Source: Paraspadella gotoi (lineage: Eukaryota; Animalia; Chaetognatha). From it: DNA of 64,000 bases. Under the pieces are notes generated by a model, which saw only the letters and a list, made by a program, of their open reading frames with translations, searched no databases and was not told where the DNA came from. The translations under genes were made by a program, and so were the position numbers. The number at the start of each line of letters is the position of its first letter. Within the stretch, counting starts at the first letter, position 1. This document shows positions 38,123 to 49,990 of this stretch, piece by piece. The stretch spans positions 8,282,873 to 8,346,872 of the forward strand of contig CM119264.1 of assembly GCA_051294375.1 (NCBI GenBank), written 5' to 3'.

Positions 38123-38429
38123 TAATAATTTTTAATTGAGGCAATGCAAAGACTTACTGCTGCATGCAAAATATTATTAATTAAATTTTTTTTAAATTTG
38201 GAATTATGAAAAAAAATACCTGTTCCTTCAAATGGTGTCAGCTAATTCATTAATAAGATGACAATATAATTTCAATTCGTGAGAATTTTTGATTTGCTCT
38301 GACTTCTAAGGTTAGGATATGAATTCCTACTAAATTTAGTTGATCCCGTCCGAGTTCGCATCCCTCGCACGCGTAGTGCACATAGGGTGCTGTTGATATG
38401 ATATAGTCATATAGCTACTGATTTGAGGT

Positions 38430-39632
38430 CCCCAAATGAAGTATCCGTGTATTCTGGGTTGTTGTTACGTTGCTGTTGCATGTCTCGCCCCGGGGAATTT
38501 GTGTTTACTAGATTTTTTTAATTGCTTATAGATAAAGAGTAAAATAATTACAATCAAAACGCTTAAGGCGTTTTGAATTGTTGCTATTATCATTTTTCAA
38601 TGTTATTCCGACGAGCGTCAGGTAGGCGGGTGTTCCCGGTGGACTGGAAAAAAATTGGAAAATTGAAAACATTTTTTATTTGTATTTCTTGATTAATTTA
38701 TAATTTGTTATCATTAAATCATTTATGCTGATGTGTTTGTCTCTTGGGTGTGTCTGATGCCGCCATTGTTGTTTTGTTCTCTTGTTTGGCCTTGTTTTTC
38801 AGACCTGTAGTTGAAAAAAATAATTTTGTTACTTAGCATGAAAAATATGTTTTTATTTTCATATATTTTAATAAATAAATAATTGATTATTATTTGATTA
38901 ATTATTAATTGTTTATATGAATCACCTTGTGGTGTTGATGTGGAGGCTCTACATTTGAGGTGTCTTGTTGTTGTTGTTGTTTTCTTGAAGGTAGCTTTTC
39001 TGTGTTTTTTCTAGTGTGAGACTTTTCGCCATATATCAGAGATAAAAACAATTTTTTATAATTAAATAATTAATGTATTATTTATTAATTTATTTTATTA
39101 TAATTTATTTATCAATTAAATCACCTTGTGGAATGTGGAACGATTCTATCTTTGTTTGTGGTTCCTTTTGGAATTTGAAGTCGTTGTCCTATACGCAAAT
39201 ATTGAAAACAATTTTTTTTTTTAATAAATAATTAATGTATATTGATTAATTTTTATTAATGTTTTATCATTAAAGCACCTTGATGCAGTTGATTCGATTA
39301 TTGGTTCAACGGATTGTTGTTCTTTGCTGTTGTTTTGCCATTCTGGTGGTGCTGCCATCGAGAATCTTGTTTTGTTGTTTTCCGGCGAAGATGTTCTTAT
39401 GATGTGTCCATGGGGTTGTCGCCCTCTCGTGTCGTCTCGTCGTTGCCATTTTATTAAGTTGAAGATGAAAAATAAAATAGATTGAAAGTTTATATTCGAG
39501 ATTTTTTTTCAAACGAAAAAAAAAAAATCATTTTACCTTAGTAGTTAAAAAATGGACCTTTGGTGGGTCCACGACGCCAGCAACCCCATGCAAAAGCAAA
39601 AAAAAGGAAAAGAGACAGATGGTGGTGTTCAT
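38430..39632 (-). CDS. Multi-exon mucin-like type I membrane protein (signal peptide, Thr-rich exons, TM); partial copies at 5043-5490 and 16069-17047 (+)
   Basis: Exon 1 MNTTICLFSFFFAFAWG; exon 2 WATTTTTRATTPWTP...; short Thr-rich exons separated by similar gtgatt...ag introns; last exon ALSVLIVIILLFIYKQL. Confidence 0.62.
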
Positions 39633-41789
39633 TTTTATGATCGTTGACGATGTTGATGACGACCGAGTGCGGTGCGGTGAAGTGAAGTGAAGGAGTCCCA
39701 GAGTTTGAAAATTTTGAGATAAAGAAANNNNNNNNNNNNNNNNNNNNNNNNNTCACAAGAAAAGATAAAAGAAAGAAAGAAAAGAAAGTCAAAACAAAGA
39801 GTAGACAATGGATCAGTCTGCAGTTCTCCTTCTTCGCCGTGCCGCACGCCCCCTCCTCACCGCCCGTTGGGTTTAACCCCCGCGTCACCGCCCCCTCCAA
39901 TGCCAATTCCCCCGGATCTCCTCGCTTCCTTCCTCCATCATGCATCCTCAACTGCTCATGTAAATCCCTCCCATTGTGCGCATCCATGTCGTCGTTAATC
40001 ACACTTGGCGCACCAGTTGCGATTGCAGTTTCCCATAAACCCATCTTCTGGTATCTGAGGAGGTAGCTTCATTGCTACGGGGATTCCTAAAAACGCTTGT
40101 TTCGATCAAACTTTGATTCAAGTCAATTGACCTTTTTATCGCGATCGGCTGAACGACGGAACAACACGACAACTGCCAGAGACGCCAATAAAGTGCCCCA
40201 GTCCAATGTGAACGATTGGAAATTCATGTATATATGTCAAGACTGTTCAACATTTGACCTGATTTGATATCTACTTATATCAACACACCCCCTATTGTGC
40301 CCTTAAACCAAAGAGACCGTGCGAGGGATACGCAACTTATCATGGATCCGACAGAACATAACTAAATTTTTATGAAGTTGGGACACATTTCATGCGAGAT
40401 CAAACCTTTGAAATAACCCTTTACAGAAGAGTTTGTAGTAAAGTCAACGGAGGTGCAATCAAAATTCTTCTTCAAAGAGATATTTTGAAAAAATATTTTG
40501 TTTCAATTTATTACTATGAGAATACTGAGCTGTATATACCATTTCTTGGAAGGGAAACTTAGTATTTTTTTTGCATAATTGTTACATTTAAAAAAATAAC
40601 TTTAGAATTTAATAAATCGACACTCTATTTGCAACTTTCGGCGAAGAGCAGTATCTTTCGGCCACTCTCAATTAAAATGTATTATTTCAGGTTTAGCCGG
40701 TTTCAATCACGACAATCCAATGGTTGTAAGACCTATAGTAGATCCTGCTGCATTTGTGTTCGTTGAGAAAGAAAGTTGCTGTTGATAATGTGACAGATAA
40801 CGAAGCTCTATCATTTCTGTTCGTCGTCGTCGGTTACTACGACGCGGCCATAGTTTGATTCCTATTGTTGAGTACTTTCAATTCTAATCGGCACTCCTTT
40901 AATAAGCAATCTCTCAAGATCTATTTTTTTTTCCTTGATCACTAATATAGAACCCATCTTTGGTATCTGAGGAGAGTGAGCTTCATGCTACGAAGTCACG
41001 AAGTCACGAAGTAAGAATATAACGAGTTTATTAAATTTATGNNNNNNNNNNNNNNNNNNNNNNNNNNNNNNNNNNNNNNNNNNNNNNNNNNNNNNNNNNN
41101 NNNNNNNNNNNNNNNNNNNNNNNNNNNNNNNNNNNNNNNNNNNNNNNNNNNNNNNNNNNNNNNNNNNNNNNNNNNNNNNNNNNNNNNNNNNNNNNNNNNN
41201 NNNNNNNNNNNNNNNNNNNNNNNNNNNNNNNNNNNNNNNNNNNNNNNNNNTTTTAAAAACCGTAGTGGGGGGAAAAATCGGAATAGCGGAGAATCGAGAA
41301 GGAAGGGGAAGAATCGAGGAAAAAAAACAAAGCGAGAAAGGGTAAAGAGAAAATACAATTGGGGATGGGTAGGAAACAAGGATGAGAGAATCGGAGGACT
41401 TGGTTGGGGATAAACGGGGATCAAAGTTGGGGATAAAAATTTTGAAAAAAATGAAAAAACGGAGAATCAAGCAAAGAGAGACGAGAAAAGAGCAAAAAAG
41501 CGTGTAAGCGAGCGAGTAGGTAAGAATAATGCTGCGGCGGATAGGTGGGGAACGAGGGTAGAAATATGTGGGATCGGGTCGGGGATAAGTGGGATCATAA
41601 AGGGAATGACATAACGAGGAAAAATGAAGCGAATAAAAACTATCAAAACTAGTGCGATACTATGTATCAGGGAGGGGGACGAGGTTGGGGAACGGAGGTT
41701 GGGGATAATTGGCAATATCGGTCGGGGAGAAGTGGAGGATCAAAACAAAAAAAGACATAAACAATTAAACAATTCTTTCTTGGTGGTGG

Positions 41790-42575
41790 GTGGGGGAGTC
41801 GGGGGGGGGAAGAAGTTGGGGACGAAGTGTAAATTGGGGGGGGGGGGGGACTCACTGGGATCGGAGGTCGAAATCACTGACCCCAGTGAGGAAGGTGGCA
41901 AATGCAATTTTGACACCTTCTTTTAAGACGAAGACTCTGTCTCCGTCGCCTAAAATTAAAGGTTTTTACCACTCGTCTTTTTCAGGAGGAAAGTGTCCCA
42001 GATCCTCCACCGCGTCTCAATATATTTGATTTACGGTGGAGGAAGTCTAATTCCTCCTGGAGAGACTCTCGTTGTCTTCAAAAAATTTTTAGTTTTTTTG
42101 TCTTTCCAAGACTTTCCTTTTTTAAATTTCTCATTTTGTTTTTTAAGTGCAACTGTTTCTTGTCTCGCGCTTGCGAGTCTTTAGGCGCAGATAACGAGGC
42201 AAGTTACTGCGCCAGTGTCTTCGAATACAGATCAACCGGCTTACCGGTTGGATCTGCGGCGCCTTGGTGCGACAAAGGGGCTCCAGCCCCTTTTGTTTCG
42301 TTCGAGGTCGCCCCGCTTGCGACCTCCAGCCAAAGCTGGCGCATTGGTTGTCGCGGCGTATTAGCCGCGACCGGCATGTCGCGGCGATGGATAGTTGAGC
42401 GATGGCGGGAGAAAATGTTTTTTTGATAAAGCGGCCATCGGCGGCCGCCAAGCCCTGTGTATTCGAGTGCTGGCGGGAGCGGCGTCGTTGGGTTTTCTTA
42501 TCGACATGTTTCTCTTCGTTTATAGATTAGACATAATCGAGCATAAGCAAAATGGATAGTGAGTCTTTATCCATT
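41790..42575 (-). repeat. ORF-L/ORF-R module, type B (also 44254-44910 and 48585-49403)
   Basis: MDKDHHPFCLC...GPQIQPVSRLDLYRRTLAQ*; hairpins with variant loops. Confidence 0.75.
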
Positions 42576-43108
42576 TTGCTTATATAGTTTCTGATGAGGG
42601 GAAAAAAAGTCACAAAATTTAATTAAAGTAGTAGGATTAGATTCGAGAAGTACTAACAATAAAATAAACTAGCGCGTCGTAGTACCAAATATGAGGTTGT
42701 TTATTTCATACACTTTTTCTAAGATATCTTTAAGATCGTAATTCGAGCGCTAAAATAATGCGAATATGATGCAATGAGGTCGCGCAAGTAGCCGCAAAAT
42801 CATTTTGTAAACAAAATCGTTATAAAAAATTTCATCAAAATTTTTTTTTCTTTTTCTTTTTTCAAGTATTTCGCAAAGTGAGGATTGAGCAAAGGAGAAT
42901 TTCCGTAAGAATCAAAAATAAGTGAGAGACCTCTTCTTTTAAAAAACCCGACCAATGATGCCTCGTTTCGGTTTGAGGCATCCCATTGGCTATGAAAATC
43001 GAAAATCTGGGGATCGGCCGCAAGCGATCCGCGGAAAACGTTCCTAAAAAGAAACGAGAAACATGAGAATCCGTAAGAAAGAATCTTATCGATAAAGAGA
43101 GAATTCAT
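42576..43108 (-). CDS. Adenain-like protease, copy B1
   Basis: MNSLFIDKILSYG...HWSGF...IFDSYGNSP...YND..LQND.AATC.PHCII. Confidence 0.82.
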
Positions 43109-44910
43109 GTTTCTTTTTGTTTTTTTAAATTTATTTTATTTTATAATTTAATTTATCCATCTAGTTTTAAAGTAAACATAAACATGAACATAAATATTAA
43201 AAAACATAAAGAACATAAAAAAACAAATTAAAAAATTAACCTAAACGAGAAATAAATGCTCTAAAATCTTTTTTGCTAAAACCCCTTTTTTAAAAGAAAC
43301 AAAATTATTTGTAAGCTATGTCTTCATTTTCCTTCAAAACGCATGCAAAACACTCTGATAAGTTTTTCGGTTTGAGAAAAAAATTGAGAAAACCTGTTCA
43401 TTAAAAAAGCGACACATATTCATATGCAGAAATGCGAGAAGATCTACTACAGGTCTTACAATGATTGTGATTGCATGAGTTACAACTGCTAAATGATAAT
43501 TTTTAATTGAGGCAATGCGAAGACTTACGTGCTCATGCAAAATATTATATAATTTAATTTTTTTTAAATGTCGATTATGAAAAAAAATACCAGTTTCTTT
43601 CAAAATGGCGTCAGCAATTTCAATAATAAATTGTACACTTAATAATTTCAAATTTAAATTTTGATTGCTCTGACTTCTAAGGTTAAGTGATGAATTCCCA
43701 CTAAAAATTTATTGATCCCATCCTGAAGTCGCATCCCTTGCGCACCTATGGTGGTGCTTTTATATATATAGGTGCAATCAGGTCCAAATATGAAGACCTG
43801 ATTATGCCGAGAGAAAGTGAATAAGTTTTCCAAAAAAAATAAAGGAGTTTCTAGAGTATCTTTTCAATTCTTTCCGATTCATGTCCTTTTTTCATTTCGG
43901 ATAAAAGTTCATTTTCTTTATTTTCCGACATTTTTTTGAACTGTGGTAAAACTAAATATAAAAAAAACATAAATAAAGTATTTTAATGTGGAGTATATGG
44001 AACGAAAAATTTCTATCTAAATCTATGTTTATATTATAATTTTCGAAAGAGGGAACCACAGTTTGCCATTTAATAATTGTTTCAATAAGTCTAACAGCGG
44101 TTCTTCGTCATTATAGAATAAAAGTCACAACCGCGTAAAGTAGATTTACGTTTATAACATAGATTTCAAGAAGCACTGATTTTCAGTTTCGGACTTTAAT
44201 AATTGAAAGGTTTTACTATAAATATGATNNNNNNNNNNNNNNNNNNNNNNNNNTAACGACGAAGACTCTGTCTCCGTCGCTAAAATTAAAGGTTTTTACC
44301 ACTTCGTCTTTTTCCAGGAGGAAAGTGTCCCGATCCTCCCACCGCCGATCTCAATAATCTTGATTACGGTGGAGGAAGTCTAATTCCTCCTGGAGAGATC
44401 ATCTCGTTGTTCTTAAAATTATTTTAGTTTTTTGTCTTTCCAAGACTTTCCTTTTTTAATTTCTCATTTTGTTTTTTAAGGTGCAACTGTTCTTTGTCTC
44501 GCGCTTGCGAGTTCTTAGGCGCAGTAACGAGCAAGTTACTGCGCCAGTGTTCTTCGATACAGATCCAACCGGCTTACCGGTTGGATCTGCGGCCCTTGGT
44601 GCGACAAAAAGGGGCTCCAGCCCCTTTTGTTTCGTTCGAGGTCGCCGCCGCTTCGCGACCTCGACCACCAAAGCTGGCGCCATTGGTTGTCGCGGCTATT
44701 AGCCGCGACCGGATGTCGCCGCATGAGTAGTTGAGCGATGGCGGGAGAAGAATGTTTTTTTGATAAACGGCCATCGGCGGCCGCCAAGCCCTGTGTATTC
44801 GAGTGCTGGCGGGAGCGGCGTCGTTGGGTTTTTTTATCGACATGTTCTCTTCGTTTATAGATTAGGACATAATCGAGCATAAGCAGAAATGGATGATGGT
44901 CTTTATCCAT

Positions 44911-45460
44911 TTTGCTTATATAGTTTCTGATGAGGGGAAAAAAAGATTCCAAAATTTATTATTAAAGTAGTAGGATTAGATTCGAAAGTACTAACAATAA
45001 AATAACTAGCGCGTCGTAGTACCACCAAATTATGAGGTTTGTTTATTTCATACACTTTTTCTAAGATATCTTTTAAGATCGTAATTTCGAGCGCTAAGAA
45101 TAATGCGAATATGATGCAATGAGGTCGCCAAGTAGCCGCAAAATCATTTTGTAAACAAAAATCGTTATAAAAAATTTCATCAAAATTGTTTTTTTTCTTT
45201 TTCTTTTTTCAAGTATTCGCAAAGGTAGGATTGAGCAAAGGAGAATTTCCGTAAGAATCAAAAATAAGTGAGAGAACCTCTTTCTTTTAAAAACCCGACC
45301 AATGATCGCCTCGTTTCGGTTTGAGGCATCCATTGGCTATGAAAATCGAAAATCTGGGGGATCGGCCCGGCAAGCGATCCGCGGAAACGTTCCTAAAAAG
45401 AAACGAGAACATGAGAATCCGTAGAAAGAGAAGAATCTTATCGATAAAGAGAGAATTCAT
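44911..45460 (-). CDS. Adenain-like protease, copy B2
   Basis: FIANGCLKPKRGDHWSGF, FDSYG and YNDFCLQNDFAAT.GPHCIIF, read across indels. Confidence 0.82.
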
Positions 45461-45582
45461 GTTTCTTTTTGTTTTTTTAATTTATTTTATTTTATAATTT
45501 AATTTATCCATCTAGTTTTAAAGTAAACATAAACATGAACATAAATATAAAAACATAAGAACATAAAAAAAACAATTAAAAA

Positions 45583-46449
45583 TTAACCTAAACGAGAAAA
45601 TAAATGCTCTAAATCTTTTTTTGCTAAAACCCCTTTTTTAAAAGAAACAAAATTATTTGTAACTATGTCTTCATTTTCCTTCAAAACGCATGCAAAACAC
45701 TCTGATAAGTTTTTCGGTTTGAGAAAAAAATTGAGAAACCTGTTCATTAAAAAGCGACACATATTCATATGCAGAAATGCGAGAAGATCTACTACAGGTC
45801 TTACAATGATTGATTGCATGAGTTACAACTGCTAAATGATAATTTTTAATTGAGGCAATGCGAAGACTTACTGCTGCATGCAAAATATTATTAATTTAAT
45901 TTTTTTTAAATGTCGATTATGAAAAAAAATACCAGTTTCTTTCAAAATGGCGTCAGCAATTTCAATAATAAATTGTACACTTATAATTTCAAATTTAAAT
46001 TTTCGATTGCTCTGACTTCTAAGGTTAAGTGATGAATTCCCACTAAAAATTTATTGATCCCATCCTGAAGTTCGCATCCCTTGCACCCTATGGTGGTGCT
46101 TTTATATATAGGTCAATCAGGTCCAAATATGAAGACCTGATTATGCCGAGAAAAGTGAATAAGTTTTCCAAAAAAATAAGGAGTTTTCTAGAGTACTTTT
46201 CAATTCTTTCCGATTCATGTCCTTTTTTCATTTCGGATAAAAGTTCATTTTCTTTATTTTCCGACATTTTTTTGAAACTGTTGGTAAAACTTAAAATATA
46301 AAAAAACTAAATAAAGTATTTATAGTGGAGTATATGGAACGAAAAGAAATTCTATCTAAATCTATGTTATATTATAATTTTTCGAAAGAGGGAACCAGAT
46401 TTGCCATTTTAATAATTTTTTCATAAGTCTTAACTACGGTTTCGTCCAT
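45583..46449 (-). CDS. Element-borne hypothetical protein X (about 290 aa, CxGC and HCxxC motifs), upstream of the protease; copies at 43234-44110 and 50115-51040, partial at 24373-24690 and 38123-38410
   Basis: Read across indels: MDETVVKTYEKII...MSENKENELLSEM...SYLDLIDLYIK...GCKGCELQDGINKFLVGIHH...AINHCKTCSR...LEHLFSRLG*. Confidence 0.55.
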
Positions 46450-46561
46450 TATAGAATAAAAGTCACAACCGCGTAAATAGATTACGTTTATTACATAGAT
46501 TTCAAGAAGCACTGATTTTCAGTTTCGGACTTTAATAATTGAAAGGTTTTACTAATAATAT

Positions 46562-47430
46562 ATGATTCCCATTTTGATTGTCATAATATAATCAAAGAAA
46601 AAGTTTGCGAATGTCGCACGTCGCATCTGTTTAAAGATGTAGAAAAAGTAATAAGATCATTAATACCAAAAAAATGTATACATGTGGATGATGATCACAA
46701 TAACTTCTATTATAAAAAAGTTATGGAGAAATATCCAGATCCGGTTGAAATACCAATTCATGGTTTGAACTTTGATTATGCCACATTTGAATGAGATAAT
46801 ACTAATTTTTTTAGATGGAGAACAAAATGGAAGATGATGAGATTAAAACTTTTAAAACTCAGTTTAACATCACTTGTGAAAATTACTTGGTCATGTCGAA
46901 CATAATTCAATTCATTATTTTCATGGAAATCTACACAATGTGCGAAGATCACAATTGCAAAAAATGTTACAGGAGGGGTCCAATTATGGAATTTTTGGTG
47001 ACGAATCAACAGCTCATTTTAGAGTACAAAGAATTAAGACGAATGGGACTGATCACAAATTTCGAGGAATTAATGAAGAAGTTCGATGAAAGAATGAGAC
47101 AAGATCTCCCTCCCTTTGACGATCCATCATATAAAAAACATTTTATTAACGGTCTTATTTTTTTATTAATTTCTCTAAAGTCAAATAAAATGAAATTAAA
47201 TAACATAACGGAATTAACCGGTACTTTTTCAAAATCTATCAAATTACCCAAATCTGCAAAAATCTTATAAGCAATTAATCATTTTTCTATTTTACCTAGA
47301 ATCGAAAATGTTATCGATGATGCATTAATGTTTAGAATCTAAATTTACATACTTGTCAAAAATTATTCTAAAAAAATAAATGAAATTGTAAAGGAAAGAG
47401 AGCGGAATCTTTTTTCACCTACCGCGATGA
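46562..47430 (+). CDS. Element-borne hypothetical protein Y, divergent from X; noisy copy at 51160-52110
   Basis: Includes the 151-aa ORF at 46815-47270 (CEDHNCKKC motif) with frameshifted extensions on both sides. Confidence 0.55.
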
Positions 47431-47479
47431 CGGTGTACAGTATACTTTTAATGAATAACATTGTAATTTTATTTCAGCA

Positions 47480-48332
47480 ATGGTCGATCTTTTTCTCACG
47501 AAACCTATTGACTTATCAATTAACTCGGAAACTAGAGAGGATCTGCCCCTCGATCTATCGATAAACTTTAATCCCATTAATTCACCTCTTTCGCACGATC
47601 GTTCGAACCTAAGTACACCGGGACGACGACGACCTCGAGAGAGACGACGACGACGACGAAGAATCGACCTTGAGCGACGAAAACTTTTTTTTGGAGTTGG
47701 CCGGTCCTTCGACTAGGAAAAAAAAAACTACTACTGCGAATGAACCCTTGTCCTCGCACATCGATCAAATGGGAGGGTGAAAAAGAAAAATGGAACCGAT
47801 GAAAGAAAAAATGGGTTTTTTGAGGAAGACTTTTCCATAGAAACAAAAAAATATCAAAAAAACTTAATTCAAAACATTCAATTTAAATATAAAAAAACGA
47901 ATTATCGAAAAATTGAGATTATCATATACAAATATCTTTGCTCAAAGCTCAAATGCTCACAAGCTTGAAAATATTTGGTTAAATATTAGATGTTAAAGTT
48001 TCACACAAACTTTTTGTGAAATTTCAAAAAGATGAAAATGATGAAATAACCATAATAGGTTTTTTTTGATCAAAGTCGAGGGTTTCTTCACGAATCTTCC
48101 AACATATCGGAAATTTTGGACGAATGTTTCGGTAGATTGATAATTGAAATCGAGGACAAGACGACCACCGGTTCGAATTCGTTTTTTTAGAAATAGAAAA
48201 GACAGATTTGACCATTTTAAAGAACCAGAACTGAGATCAAAACGCGCCACCATCAATTTGCCCTCGACAAAGACTCAAGATGATTGCGTCAAAATGTCAA
48301 TTTTGGCTTGTTTATTTCACTCCAAACTTTAA
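47480..48332 (+). CDS. PolB-precursor N-terminal region: PxDLS x2 leader, acidic tract, QMGG, then the PolB N-terminal domain; truncated. Copy at 52187-53100
   Basis: PIDLS and PLDLS. Using the B3 reading (ccgga) it continues PDDDDLERDDDDDEE...AGPSTRKKK...DQMGG. 48027-48320 matches 34418-34752 with a deletion of about 39 nt. Confidence 0.65.
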
Positions 48333-49403
48333 TTAGTTCCATCTCCTCATCGACCGCGCCGTTCGTTGCGTCGGTGACGCCGGCAGCGCCGTCCACGTCG
48401 ACGGCGCCATCGACATCTGCAAGGGCGCCATTTACAGCGTCTACAACGGCGCCGTCAACGTTGATGGCGGCACCGTCGACATCTACAGCGCCTACGACAT
48501 CTACGACAACCTTGATGGCACCGTCTACTTCATCAGCGGTGCCATCTATGTCATCAACGNNNNNNNNNNNNNNNNNNNNNNNNNGTGAAGAGTTGGGGAC
48601 GAAGTTGAAATTGGGGGGGAGGGACTACCTGGGATCGGAGGTCGAAATCATGACCCCAGTGAGGAATGGTGGCAAATCGCAATTTTGAGCCACACTCTCT
48701 TTTAACACGAAGAGCTCCTGTCTCCGTCGCTAGGAACATATAAAGGTTATTACCACTTGTCTTTTTTACCAGGAGGAAGGAGGTGTCCCGAATCCTCCAC
48801 CGCGATCCTCGAATAATCTTGATTTTCGGTGGGGAAGCTACTAATTCCTCTGGAGACGATCTACCTCGTTGTCTTAAAATATCCGTTTAATTTGGTTTGT
48901 CTTTCCAAGACTTTCCTTTTAAATTCTCTTTTGTTTTTTAAGTGCAACTTTCTTGTCTTCGCGCTTGCGAGTCTTAGGCTGCCAGTTAACGAGGCAAGTT
49001 AACTGCGCCAGATGTCCTTTCGATACACGATCCAATCCGGCTTACCGGTTGGATTTGCGGCCTTGGTGCGACAGAAAGGGGCTCCAGCCCCTTTTGTTTT
49101 CGTTCGAGGTGCCGCCTGAGCTGCTTGGCGGAGCCTCGCACCAAAGCTGGGCGCCATTGGTTGTCGCGGCGATTAGCCGCGAAACGGAGTGAATGTCGCG
49201 GCGGATGCAGTAGATGAGCAGATGGCGGGAGAATGTTTTTTTGATAACGGTCCATCGGCGGCCGGCCAGCCTAGTGGTATTCGAGGTGCTGGCGGCTGAG
49301 GCGGCGTCCGTTGGAGGTTTTCGTGATCGACATGTTCTCTTCGTTTATGATTAGGTAGCATATCGAGCATGATAGCAAAATGGGATGATGGGTCTTTATC
49401 CAT

Positions 49404-49990
49404 TTGCTTATATATTTCTCGAATGAGGGGAAAAAAAGATTCAAAGAATTATATTAAAGGTAGTAGGATTACGAGTTTCCGAAAGTACTAATCAATAATA
49501 AAACTAGCGCGTCGTAAGTTACCGACAAATTATGAGGTTTGTGGTTATTTCAGTAACACTTTTTCTAAGATAGTCTTTTAAGATCGTAATTTCGCAGCGC
49601 TAAGAGTAATGCGAATATGATGGCAAAAGTGAGGTCCGCAAGTAGCGCGCAAGAATCATTGTTGTAAACAAAAATCGTTATAAAAAATTTCATTCAACAA
49701 TTTTTTTTTCTTTTCTTTTTTCAATAATTTCGCAAAGTGAGGATTGAGCAAAGGAGAGATTTCCGTAAGTAATCAAGAAATAAGTGAGAGATCCTCTTTC
49801 TTATAAAAAACCCTGCCAATGATCGCCTCGTTTCGGTTTGAGGCATCCTATCTTGCTGATCGAAAATCGAAAAAATCTGGGGGAATCGGCCGGGCAAGGC
49901 GATCCGCGGGAAAACGTTCGCTAAAAGAAACGAGATACATTGAGAAATCCGTTAGAGAAGAATCTTATCGACTAAAGCGAGAATTCAAAT
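49404..49990 (-). pseudogene. Adenain-like protease, noisy copy B3
   Basis: Indel-rich duplicate of 44911-45460. Confidence 0.65.

Noticed and set aside
40140-40960. Unique insert with possible exons
   Set aside because: No recognisable motif, so no call is supportable.
46143-46535. Plus-strand ORF starting MPRKVNKF
   Set aside because: The minus strand gives the more coherent protein (gene X); this is its antisense shadow.
47620-47716. Poly-Arg NLS (RRRPRERRRRRRR) in ORF 47480-47716
   Set aside because: The second copy lacks one G (ccgga), giving an Asp-rich frame that runs on to QMGG. Probably a frameshift artefact.
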